This document shows positions 43,155 to 50,409 of a stretch of 64,000 bases of DNA, in pieces; the stretch's first letter is position 1; every line of letters begins with the position of its first letter. The translations under genes and the position numbers were made by a program. The stretch comes from a bacterium. GTDB lineage: Bacteria; CAYTYR01; UBA6262. Location of the stretch: the NCBI GenBank assembly GCA_028712895.1, contig JAQTPL010000004.1:1682-65681 (forward strand). Reading direction: 5' to 3'. The notes beneath the pieces were generated by a model. That model ran no database searches, was not told the origin of the DNA, and saw only the letters and a program-made list of their open reading frames with translations.

Positions 43155-44105
43155 TTAAAGCTCTTTATCCAAGATGGCCTTGAAGTTCCTGGCTGTAAAA
43201 TCAAGTATGACCTTGTGACCCTGTACCGTTACGGTATGATTATAGACCAGTTTGGAATAAGCGTATTTACGCTTGATCGCTTCGCCCAGGAACTGGGCAT
43301 CATTCTGCATTAACTTAATCTTTGCCGGATCACTGCATTTAAAGAAGAGTTTTCCCTTGACCTCATCATCAGTCACCAGGGTGAAGGTAAGCAATAGTGA
43401 TTCCAGCCACTGGCCGGACAATAGTACTATCATCTTATTATCGGTTTCCCATTTTTTCAATTCTTGCGAAAACCGGCGGCTCTGGTTGTTTATAAATATA
43501 TAACCTTCATAGCCTTTGGGTATGGCGCTTGACAACTCTTTAAAAGCTGCTGTTTGTACAATATTGCTCCCGGTCTGTCCTGCGGCCAGGCAGGTAGAAA
43601 CAAGCCCGCTATTACTGGCGAGAATGACCCGCCCGTCCTGTACAGAAAAAGCCGTCAGGCGGTCATTGCGCTCAGCTTGGCTGTCAAAATATATATCCTG
43701 CTGGCTGCTTTCCTTCTTTTCCCAACCGGAATTAATACTGACAAAATTCCCTAAATTATCGATCAGGAATTTATTAAATCTTTCCTTTTCCCCTTCCAGG
43801 TCAGGGAACACCACCAACATATTTTTCCAGCCGGTTTCGGCAGGGAAGCTTCCCCCGGCAACCTGTTTAAATGTAAATTGCTTGAACAAGTATGACAGCA
43901 GAAGGAAATTTGGATCATCCTGGTGCTGGGCTATTTTCCCCTGGTAAGTCTTGATCAATGACCGCCAGGCATCACTGGAGTCCAGGTTCTTTAAACTAAA
44001 GACTACATCAGCGTTCTTGGGTACATAAGTTATCAACTCCGCGGCCAGGCACGTAGCAGCGCTAAGCAAACAATATAAAATTATTAAAAAGATACTTCTT
44101 TTCAT
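43155..44105 (-). CDS. hypothetical exported protein
   Basis: Signal peptide MKRSIFLIILYCLLSAATCLAAE. Paralogue-like resemblance to the upstream ORF (DDEVKGKLFFKC vs ADQVKGKMSFAAK). Confidence 0.55.
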   Translation of the reverse strand: MKRSIFLIILYCLLSAATCLAAELITYVPKNADVVFSLKNLDSSDAWRSLIKTYQGKIAQHQDDPNFLLLSYLFKQFTFKQVAGGSFPAETGWKNMLVVFPDLEGEKERFNKFLIDNLGNFVSINSGWEKKESSQQDIYFDSQAERNDRLTAFSVQDGRVILASNSGLVSTCLAAGQTGSNIVQTAAFKELSSAIPKGYEGYIFINNQSRRFSQELKKWETDNKMIVLLSGQWLESLLLTFTLVTDDEVKGKLFFKCSDPAKIKLMQNDAQFLGEAIKRKYAYSKLVYNHTVTVQGHKVILDFTARNFKAILDKEL

Positions 44106-45001
44106 TGCACCTGCTGCCAGATTTTATTTAAATCTTTTACCTGGTAATTGATCTCTACGAAATTGGCCAATGAGCTGATTTCTCCTTCATAAGCCAGGCC
44201 ATCAGCCAGGAGCGACCTCATCAACAGGTTATTCAGGAAAAAAGCATCCATGCTTATTTTATCGACATCAGCAATATACTTGGCAGCAAAAGACATCTTT
44301 CCTTTGACCTGGTCGGCGCTAACCACATTCCCGTTTACCTGGATATATTCGACTGAATCAATGGAAGGAAAAAAAGCAAAACTGTTCTTCTCTTCCAATA
44401 ATTTGACCAAAGCGCTTAGTTCTTTTTGCCTATTAGGAATATAGATATTCAGTTCTTCCCGCGCAGTTGGTTTAAAAAATGCTCTCAAACCAGCCAGTTC
44501 AGCTGCCGGCAATGATTCCTGATCAATATGTGCAGCTTTCAGGATCATGAGGTTGTTGATTATTTTAAATGCTTTATTTTCTCCGCCGTTACCCACTCGG
44601 GAAGCAGCTATTTTAGAACCGAGATTAACTAAGCGCGTCTTTTTGCCAAGATCAATAATAATGATGAAATCAGGTGGCTTATTTGAGTGCACATAGGCCT
44701 GGTCATACTTTAGACTGAATAAAATATCCCGGGGCAGCATAGCCAATACTATTTTTTTTACCAGGGCATTATTTAGCTGGGGATTGGCAGTGATCATTTT
44801 TTGCCAAAATACGTCGAAAAGCTGGCTGGGTCCCGGCTGCTGCCAATCAATGCTCAGCTGTCCGTAAGCTAGTGAATCACCTGACAAAAACATGAATTTA
44901 TCTTCCTGCTTTTGCGGCCGGATATACCAGATCACAGCAAGCACTATAATACAGAGCAAGCCAATACTGATAAAACGCAGAATTTTCTTTATAATATTCA
45001 T
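44102..45001 (-). CDS. hypothetical membrane-anchored protein
   Basis: Start moved to ATG 45001 (MNIIKKILRFISIGLLCIIVLAV), because the track's N-terminal extension runs through a structured repeat element. Confidence 0.55.
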   Translation of the reverse strand: MNIIKKILRFISIGLLCIIVLAVIWYIRPQKQEDKFMFLSGDSLAYGQLSIDWQQPGPSQLFDVFWQKMITANPQLNNALVKKIVLAMLPRDILFSLKYDQAYVHSNKPPDFIIIIDLGKKTRLVNLGSKIAASRVGNGGENKAFKIINNLMILKAAHIDQESLPAAELAGLRAFFKPTAREELNIYIPNRQKELSALVKLLEEKNSFAFFPSIDSVEYIQVNGNVVSADQVKGKMSFAAKYIADVDKISMDAFFLNNLLMRSLLADGLAYEGEISSLANFVEINYQVKDLNKIWQQVQ

Positions 45002-45009
45002 ATTGTTCA

Positions 45010-45277
45010 GTGTCCTGTCTCTGAAATCTCTTTGCATTTGAAAGTCATATTTGAGTCGAATTCCAGGAACGACGACGAAGTCGTATCCGCTGCGATACTT
45101 CGAGGAGGAGTGACACAGAAGTCGGCCAAAGATGACTTTCCCAAAGGGCTGAGGTCTTTTGCCCATATACTGTGTTGCTCGTCCTTTATGTGCCTAAAGG
45201 CACGCTACACTCCTCGCGCCTTGTCTCTGGCCAAAATCCCTTCAGCAAATGTAAAAGGGATTTCAGAGACCGGACAC
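45010..45277. repeat. 268-bp element bounded by terminal inverted repeats of about 31 nt (MITE-like element or long-range RNA hairpin)
   Basis: 45010-45040 (gtgtcctgtctctgaaatctctttgcatttg) is the near-perfect reverse complement of 45246-45277. The interior holds several short hairpins (gtgcc-taaa-ggcac; gaggagtg...cactcctc). The right arm covers the last 4 codons and the stop of rmlD. Confidence 0.6.
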
Positions 45278-46156
45278 TAGATACCGTTTAAGCGCGTCCT
45301 GCCAGGTAGGCAGGACAGGAAAATTATGTAATTTCCAGTTAAAATTATCCAATACCGAGTTTTTGGGTCGCGGAGCAGGCCGGTTGATCTGCTGCGTGCT
45401 TACCGGGTCAACATTGTCTTTAGCCCCACGCTGCCTTACTATTTCCCTGGCAAAATCAAACCAGGAACAAGACCCGCTGTTAGTAATATGCCAAATACCA
45501 TAAAGGCCAGTCCCGATTTGGCAGTTCGCGGTCAGCAGTTGTTTAATAGCAGAAGCTAAATCTACGGTATAAGTTGGAGATCCAAATTGGTCATTGACTA
45601 CTTTAAGATCATGTTTATTCTGTATTTGCGATTGGATTGCCGCCACAAAGTTTTGGCCATGCCGGCCAAAGAGCCAGCTGGAGCGGATGATCATGAACCG
45701 GTTAACCAACCATTGGGTATATAATTCTCCCCAATATTTGCTTTTAGCATAGGCACCCCTGGGATCAGGCTGGTCTATTTCCAGGTAGGGATCTTTCTTC
45801 TGCCCATTAAAAACATAATCAGTACTGATGTAAATCAAGGCTGAATCAAATCGCTGGCAGGCCAAAGCCACATTCCTGGTCCCCAATGAATTTACCTGGC
45901 AAGCTTGCTCCTGGGAGCTTTCTGCCCCATCCACATTGGTATACGCAGCTGCGTGTATCAATAATTCAGGATTTATTTTGGTAATAATTTCATAAGTTGC
46001 TTTAGCGTCGGTAATATCAATGAGCTGATATTTGGCAGACTGTACTTCTAGGCCTGGTTTCTTATTATCCAGCCCATAAAGTTCATGTTCTCCTGCCAGC
46101 GTCTGCATTAAATCAGTCCCTAGCATGCCACTGGCTCCGGTAACGGCAATTCTCAT
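45263..46156 (-). CDS. rmlD: dTDP-4-dehydrorhamnose reductase
   Basis: IAVTGASGMLG, GAYAKSKYWGE. 297 aa. Confidence 0.85.
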   Translation of the reverse strand: MRIAVTGASGMLGTDLMQTLAGEHELYGLDNKKPGLEVQSAKYQLIDITDAKATYEIITKINPELLIHAAAYTNVDGAESSQEQACQVNSLGTRNVALACQRFDSALIYISTDYVFNGQKKDPYLEIDQPDPRGAYAKSKYWGELYTQWLVNRFMIIRSSWLFGRHGQNFVAAIQSQIQNKHDLKVVNDQFGSPTYTVDLASAIKQLLTANCQIGTGLYGIWHITNSGSCSWFDFAREIVRQRGAKDNVDPVSTQQINRPAPRPKNSVLDNFNWKLHNFPVLPTWQDALKRYLVSGL

Positions 46157-46169
46157 GTAGAACCTCTCT

Positions 46170-46246
46170 GCGAATGACGCTAATTACAGCTAATTACTCG
46201 AATAAAATCCACTTGCTTTAATTCGCGATATTCGCTATCATTCGCG
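46170..46246. repeat. CGAAT-word inverted repeat in the rmlB-rmlD spacer
   Basis: Left gcgaatgacgctaattacagctaattactcgaat (contains 10-mer GCTAATTACW x2). Right attcgcgatattcgctatcattcgcg. Shares the 16-mer attcgctatcattcgc with 59267-59282. Confidence 0.7.
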
Positions 46247-46253
46247 TGTTTCG

Positions 46254-47213
46254 TTACTTTTTAAGTTTCTTCCACCATTGTTGATTTGCTTTATACCAGT
46301 CAATCGTTTTTTGCAGAGCCTGGTTGAAATCATGCTGGGGTTTCCAACCCATTTCGCTCCTGAGTTTGAAGCAATCCAAAGCATAACGGCGGTCATGGCC
46401 CAGCCGGTCAGTGACTGGTTGGATGAATTCATCGCTTTTGCCCAGCAGTTCCAGTATTTTTTTGGTTAATTCAATATTAGCCAGCTCATTGCTACCGCCA
46501 ATATTATAGATCTCTCCGGCCTTTCCCTTGTGCATCACCTGGTCGATAGCCTCGCAGTTATCCAGCACATAAACCCAATCCCGCACATTCTGTCCGTCGC
46601 CATAAAGAGGCACCGGCTTTTCTTCCAGGATATTGGTAATAAAAAGAGGTATTACTTTTTCCGGGAACTGGTATGGGCCAAAATTATTGCTGGAACGGGT
46701 AATGATAACCGGCAATTGATAGGTAGTGTAGTAGGATAAAGCCAGCAGGTCAGAGCTCGCCTTAGAAGCTGAATACGGACTTGAAGGTTTCAGATTGTCT
46801 GCTTCTTTGAAAGCTCCTTTTTCAATAGACCCATAGACTTCATCCGTTGAAACTTGGATATATTTGCTGATATTATTTTTTTTAGCTGCTTCCAATAAGG
46901 TATAAGTCCCGAACACATTGGTCTTGATAAAATTACCGGCATTGACAATAGAACGGTCAACATGGGTTTCCGCGGCAAAATTCACTACAATCTGGGTTTC
47001 TTTTACACATTTGGCTACTATTTTAGGATCAGCAATATCACCTTTGACAAATCTATAGCACTTATTATTTTTCAGTTCCGCCAAATTTTCCAGATTACCC
47101 GCATAGGTCAGTTTATCTAAATTAATAATTTCATAATCAGGATATTTCATTAATATGTGCCTGATAAAATTCGAACCTATAAAACCTGCTCCGCCAGTTA
47201 CTAAGATCCTCAT
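46254..47213 (-). CDS. rmlB: dTDP-glucose 4,6-dehydratase
   Basis: ILVTGGAGFIGSNF, STDEVYG, SPYSASKASSD. Confidence 0.9.
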   Translation of the reverse strand: MRILVTGGAGFIGSNFIRHILMKYPDYEIINLDKLTYAGNLENLAELKNNKCYRFVKGDIADPKIVAKCVKETQIVVNFAAETHVDRSIVNAGNFIKTNVFGTYTLLEAAKKNNISKYIQVSTDEVYGSIEKGAFKEADNLKPSSPYSASKASSDLLALSYYTTYQLPVIITRSSNNFGPYQFPEKVIPLFITNILEEKPVPLYGDGQNVRDWVYVLDNCEAIDQVMHKGKAGEIYNIGGSNELANIELTKKILELLGKSDEFIQPVTDRLGHDRRYALDCFKLRSEMGWKPQHDFNQALQKTIDWYKANQQWWKKLKK

Positions 47214-47228
47214 GGAAGTACTCTCCTG

Positions 47229-47260
47229 TTAGCTCGTAGCTCATTGCTCATAGCTCGTAG
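47229..47260. repeat. heptamer tandem array (TAGCTCG-like x4); one arm of the inverted repeat flanking the four-helix-bundle gene
   Basis: TAGCTCG TAGCTCA TTGCTCA TAGCTCG read directly. Lies just upstream of the rmlB RBS. Confidence 0.8.
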
Positions 47261-47270
47261 TCTAAGGTAT

Positions 47271-47639
47271 TTATTGTTTTATAGAACAGATCAATCCAGA
47301 TAACATTTTACCAATCTCATTTGCTGATACTTTCATTTCTTCAAGTTGTTTATCATTTATCCATTTATTGGTATTAAATATTATTAACAAAGTTACTGTC
47401 TCAAATAATGATCCTCTTGCTATATATAGATATTGTACAAATTCTTTCTTCGAATATCTACCCTTACCTTCCGCTATATTCATCGCTATTGAAGTTGCTG
47501 AGCTTTCCAGTTGTTCTACTAATCTATAATGTTTCCTATTGGTTTCCAATGTTTCAGTTAATCTAATAACTTTTGAGCCAAAATCAATCGCTTTCTGCCA
47601 TACATTAAGATCCTCAAATCCAAATTTTGTTTTCTCCAT
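47271..47639 (-). CDS. four-helix-bundle protein (23S rRNA intervening-sequence protein / Avd-like family)
   Basis: 122 aa. FEDLNVWQKAIDF ... SIAMNIAEGKGRYSKKEFVQYLYIARGSLFE, a family-typical pattern. Confidence 0.85.
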   Translation of the reverse strand: MEKTKFGFEDLNVWQKAIDFGSKVIRLTETLETNRKHYRLVEQLESSATSIAMNIAEGKGRYSKKEFVQYLYIARGSLFETVTLLIIFNTNKWINDKQLEEMKVSANEIGKMLSGLICSIKQ

Positions 47640-47650
47640 TTTTTTTCTAT

Positions 47651-47678
47651 CAGCTATGAACTACGAGCTTCGAGCTAA
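47651..47678. repeat. heptamer array in opposite orientation (CAGCTAT GAACTAC GAGCTTC GAGCTAA); second arm of the inverted repeat
   Basis: Starts 1 nt after the rmlC stop. Hand alignment to the reverse complement of 47229-47256 gives 23/28 matches. Confidence 0.75.
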
Positions 47679-47679
47679 T

Positions 47680-48141
47680 TTACCATCCTTTTTTATCCTG
47701 CCAAGGTTCATACGACACTTCTTTAGAATCCAGGGCGATACGATGCTCATCAGGATGCTTATAATTGTACAATTTGTTGGGCACATTCATGATCCAGGCT
47801 TCATCCGCTGAAAGGCACTCAAATCCATGGACCACCCCCTCCGGAATAACCAAAGCTTGTGGTTTTTCAGCATTCAATTCAAACTCATTAATCTCGTTTT
47901 TTGTCGCTGAACCTGCTCTTCTATCGAACAGGACAATTTTAGCTTTACCGCGCAGTACACAGAAATAATCCTGCTGCTTTACATGGTAATGCCATCCCTT
48001 TACCCATCCTGGCTTGCAAATAGTGATATACGTCTGGCCGAAAGCTTTAAACTCAGGATAATCGCTGCGCAGTATCTCAAACAAGGCCCCGCGTTCATCT
48101 TTATGCATTACTAAGTCTTTCAGTACCACCCCATCAATCAT
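47680..48141 (-). CDS. rmlC: RmlC-like cupin, probable dTDP-4-dehydrorhamnose 3,5-epimerase (short form)
   Basis: 153 aa. KGWHYHVKQQDYFCVLRGKAKIVLFD. Sits between rmlA and rmlB. Confidence 0.65.
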   Translation of the reverse strand: MIDGVVLKDLVMHKDERGALFEILRSDYPEFKAFGQTYITICKPGWVKGWHYHVKQQDYFCVLRGKAKIVLFDRRAGSATKNEINEFELNAEKPQALVIPEGVVHGFECLSADEAWIMNVPNKLYNYKHPDEHRIALDSKEVSYEPWQDKKGW

Positions 48142-48166
48142 AATAAAAACCTCGTTTTTTTCTTTC

Positions 48167-48194
48167 TATACGCTATCCGCTACACGCTATACGC
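48167..48194. repeat. heptamer tandem array TATACGC TATCCGC TACACGC TATACGC
   Basis: Read directly in the rmlA-rmlC spacer. Confidence 0.85.
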
Positions 48195-48200
48195 CGATTT

Positions 48201-49262
48201 TTAAAGCACTTCAATCTTCGAACTATCCCCAACCATGATCCGATAGGCTTGCGGCCGGGAATGGGACTTCTTGACTTCTACGTTCTGGCCGATCAGGCTG
48301 TCTTCAATTCTCTTGATATCAATAATATGGCTATTTTCCAGAACAATGCTATGCTCTATCTCACTTGATTCAATGCAGGCGCCGAAATAAATTGCCGAAT
48401 ACGGGCCCACATAAGAGTTAATGACCTTGGCATTTTCGCCAATTATGGCTGGCCCCCTAACTACGCTATTTTCAATGACTGCGCCCTTTTCTATAACCAC
48501 TTTACCTTCTATTTTTGATTTATCATCTACCCGGCCATCGTTTTTAAAAGTAAATGTATCCAGGATAATGCTGTTTGCTTCCAGCATGTCTTCCAGTTTG
48601 CCCGTGTCTTTCCACCAACCGGTAATAATATGCGGATGTACCTTCATCTTTGTATCAATGAGGTATTGGATGGCATCCGTGATCTCCAATTCATTACGGA
48701 GGCTTGGTTTAATATTGTCAACAGCCTCGAAAATCGACTGGTCGAACATATATACGCCGCACAAAGCCAGGTCACTGCGGGGATGTTTTGGTTTTTCTTC
48801 CAACCGTACTACCCGGCCTTCAAGCAACTCAGCCACCCCGAACTGCTCCGGATGCGGCACATGGGCCAGCAAGATCTGGGCATTTGGCTTTTTAGCCTCA
48901 AATTCTTCGACCAGGGACTTTATTCCGTCTTTGATCAGGTTATCGCCGAGATACATGACAAAACTATCCTGATCGATAAATTTTCGGGAGATCTTAACAG
49001 CGTGAGCTAATCCTAAAGGTTCATCTTGTACAATATAGGTAATCTTTACACCCCACTTACTGCCGTCGCCGACTGCCTGCCTGATCTCATTTTTAGTCTC
49101 ACCGATGACAATCCCAATATCAACGATGCCTGCTTCCTTGATCGCTTCAATACCGTAAAACAGTATCGGCTTATTAGCAATCGGGATCAATTGCTTGGCA
49201 TTAGTATGGGTAATGGGCCGGAGCCTGGTCCCTTTGCCGCCGCTAAGTATTAGTGCTTTCAC
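48201..49262 (-). CDS. rmlA: glucose-1-phosphate thymidylyltransferase, long form with C-terminal left-handed beta-helix
   Basis: GTG start after AGGAG. MKALILSGGKGTRLRPITHTNAKQLIPIANKPIL. Hexapeptide-like C-terminus. Confidence 0.85.
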   Translation of the reverse strand: MKALILSGGKGTRLRPITHTNAKQLIPIANKPILFYGIEAIKEAGIVDIGIVIGETKNEIRQAVGDGSKWGVKITYIVQDEPLGLAHAVKISRKFIDQDSFVMYLGDNLIKDGIKSLVEEFEAKKPNAQILLAHVPHPEQFGVAELLEGRVVRLEEKPKHPRSDLALCGVYMFDQSIFEAVDNIKPSLRNELEITDAIQYLIDTKMKVHPHIITGWWKDTGKLEDMLEANSIILDTFTFKNDGRVDDKSKIEGKVVIEKGAVIENSVVRGPAIIGENAKVINSYVGPYSAIYFGACIESSEIEHSIVLENSHIIDIKRIEDSLIGQNVEVKKSHSRPQAYRIMVGDSSKIEVL

Positions 49263-49280
49263 AATTAACTCCTAAGAACA

Positions 49281-49308
49281 ATTTTGAGTTTTAAATTTTG
49301 AGTTTTAA
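49281..49308. repeat. 14-nt direct repeat x2 (ATTTTGAGTTTTAA)
   Basis: Read directly, immediately upstream of the rmlA RBS. Confidence 0.85.
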
Positions 49309-49429
49309 ATTATGGTAAAAAGCTTATTATCCTAAACTCACCTGTCCTCTGCGCTTTGATTTTTCCAAGCTTTATTTGGGAAAATCAGCAGGGGGAAACT
49401 TAACACTTCTAACTTAAACCTGCTTTTAC

Positions 49430-50389
49430 TTAAACTTTCTCTCGCCAGTAGTTCAATAGGTCTTCCATCGTCTGCTTGAACGGGATCTCTGGTTTCCACC
49501 CGGTTTGTTTCATGAATTTAGAATTATCGCCATAGAGTATCATTACATCGCTCGGCCGCAGCCTGGTGGGATCCTCTTTTACTTTGATCTGGTCTTTCAT
49601 CTTGGAAAAACCGATCAAAGTGGTGAGCATGTCTTTAATGCTGATAGTAGTATTGGAGCAAATATTATAGACTTCCCCTGGCTCGCACTTTTCTGTAGCC
49701 AGCCAATAGCCGCGGACTATATCGCGCACATCTGTGAAGTCCCGCTTGGCATCCAGATTACCAACAGAGATGACCGGCTCACGCTTGCCTTTTTCTATAT
49801 CCGCGATCTGTTTGGCAAAATTACTGGTCACAAAATTCTCGCCACGGCGTGGACCAGTATGGTTAAAGGCCCGGGTACGCACAGTCTTCAGTTTATAGCT
49901 CTGGCAATACTGGTATCCTAATAGGTCCTGGGCTACCTTACTTACTGCATAGGGTGAGAGAGGCCGTAATTGATTGGTCTCTTTGATCGGCACTTCATCA
50001 GGATAGACCATCCCGTATTCCTCGCTGGAACAGGCTAATTGTATCCAGGGATCAAGCTTTAATTGACGGACTGCCTCAAAAATATTCAATTGCCCGAGAA
50101 TATTAGTATTCAGGGTCTCGGCCGGAGCATTCCAGCTGGTGGGGACAAAACTTTGGGCGGCCAAGTGAAATATTTTTTCAGGCCTGGTCTTTTCTAGTAC
50201 TTTCCGCACTGAACTAAAATCAGTCATATCAAATTCCAGGTATTCAAATTTCCCCAGTAAATGCTCTATATTATCTTTCTTGGTATACCACCGGTCAATA
50301 CCGAAAATCTCCACTCCCTTTTGTTTCATTAAAAATTCAACCAGATGGCTGCCGACAAATCCTGCTACTCCCGTAATTAAACACTTCAT
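49430..50389 (-). CDS. gmd: GDP-mannose 4,6-dehydratase family SDR (short form; an Rmd-type reductase is not excluded)
   Basis: LITGVAGFVGSHL, SPYAVSKVAQD, FNHTGPRRGENFVTSNFAKQI. Confidence 0.7.
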   Translation of the reverse strand: MKCLITGVAGFVGSHLVEFLMKQKGVEIFGIDRWYTKKDNIEHLLGKFEYLEFDMTDFSSVRKVLEKTRPEKIFHLAAQSFVPTSWNAPAETLNTNILGQLNIFEAVRQLKLDPWIQLACSSEEYGMVYPDEVPIKETNQLRPLSPYAVSKVAQDLLGYQYCQSYKLKTVRTRAFNHTGPRRGENFVTSNFAKQIADIEKGKREPVISVGNLDAKRDFTDVRDIVRGYWLATEKCEPGEVYNICSNTTISIKDMLTTLIGFSKMKDQIKVKEDPTRLRPSDVMILYGDNSKFMKQTGWKPEIPFKQTMEDLLNYWREKV

Positions 50390-50409
50390 GCTTATTCATG
50401 CCTCCTCTT

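Noticed and set aside
45002-45166. N-terminal extension of ORF 44102-45166
   Set aside because: It runs through the inverted-repeat element. A hydrophobic anchor begins right at the ATG at 45001.
45041-45245. Interior of the 268-bp element as a known riboswitch or housekeeping RNA
   Set aside because: I could not find conserved cores of TPP, cobalamin, SAM, FMN, c-di-GMP, glycine, fluoride, ZTP, RNase P, tmRNA, SRP or 6S RNA by eye. It remains an unclassified structured element.
47271-47639. Four-helix-bundle gene as part of a diversity-generating retroelement
   Set aside because: No reverse transcriptase, template repeat/variable repeat pair or target gene is present anywhere in the window.
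49388-49423. GCAGG...CCTGC hairpin after gmd as a strong intrinsic terminator
   Set aside because: The stem is only 5-6 bp with a loop of about 26 nt and an interrupted U-tract, so it is not convincing as a terminator.
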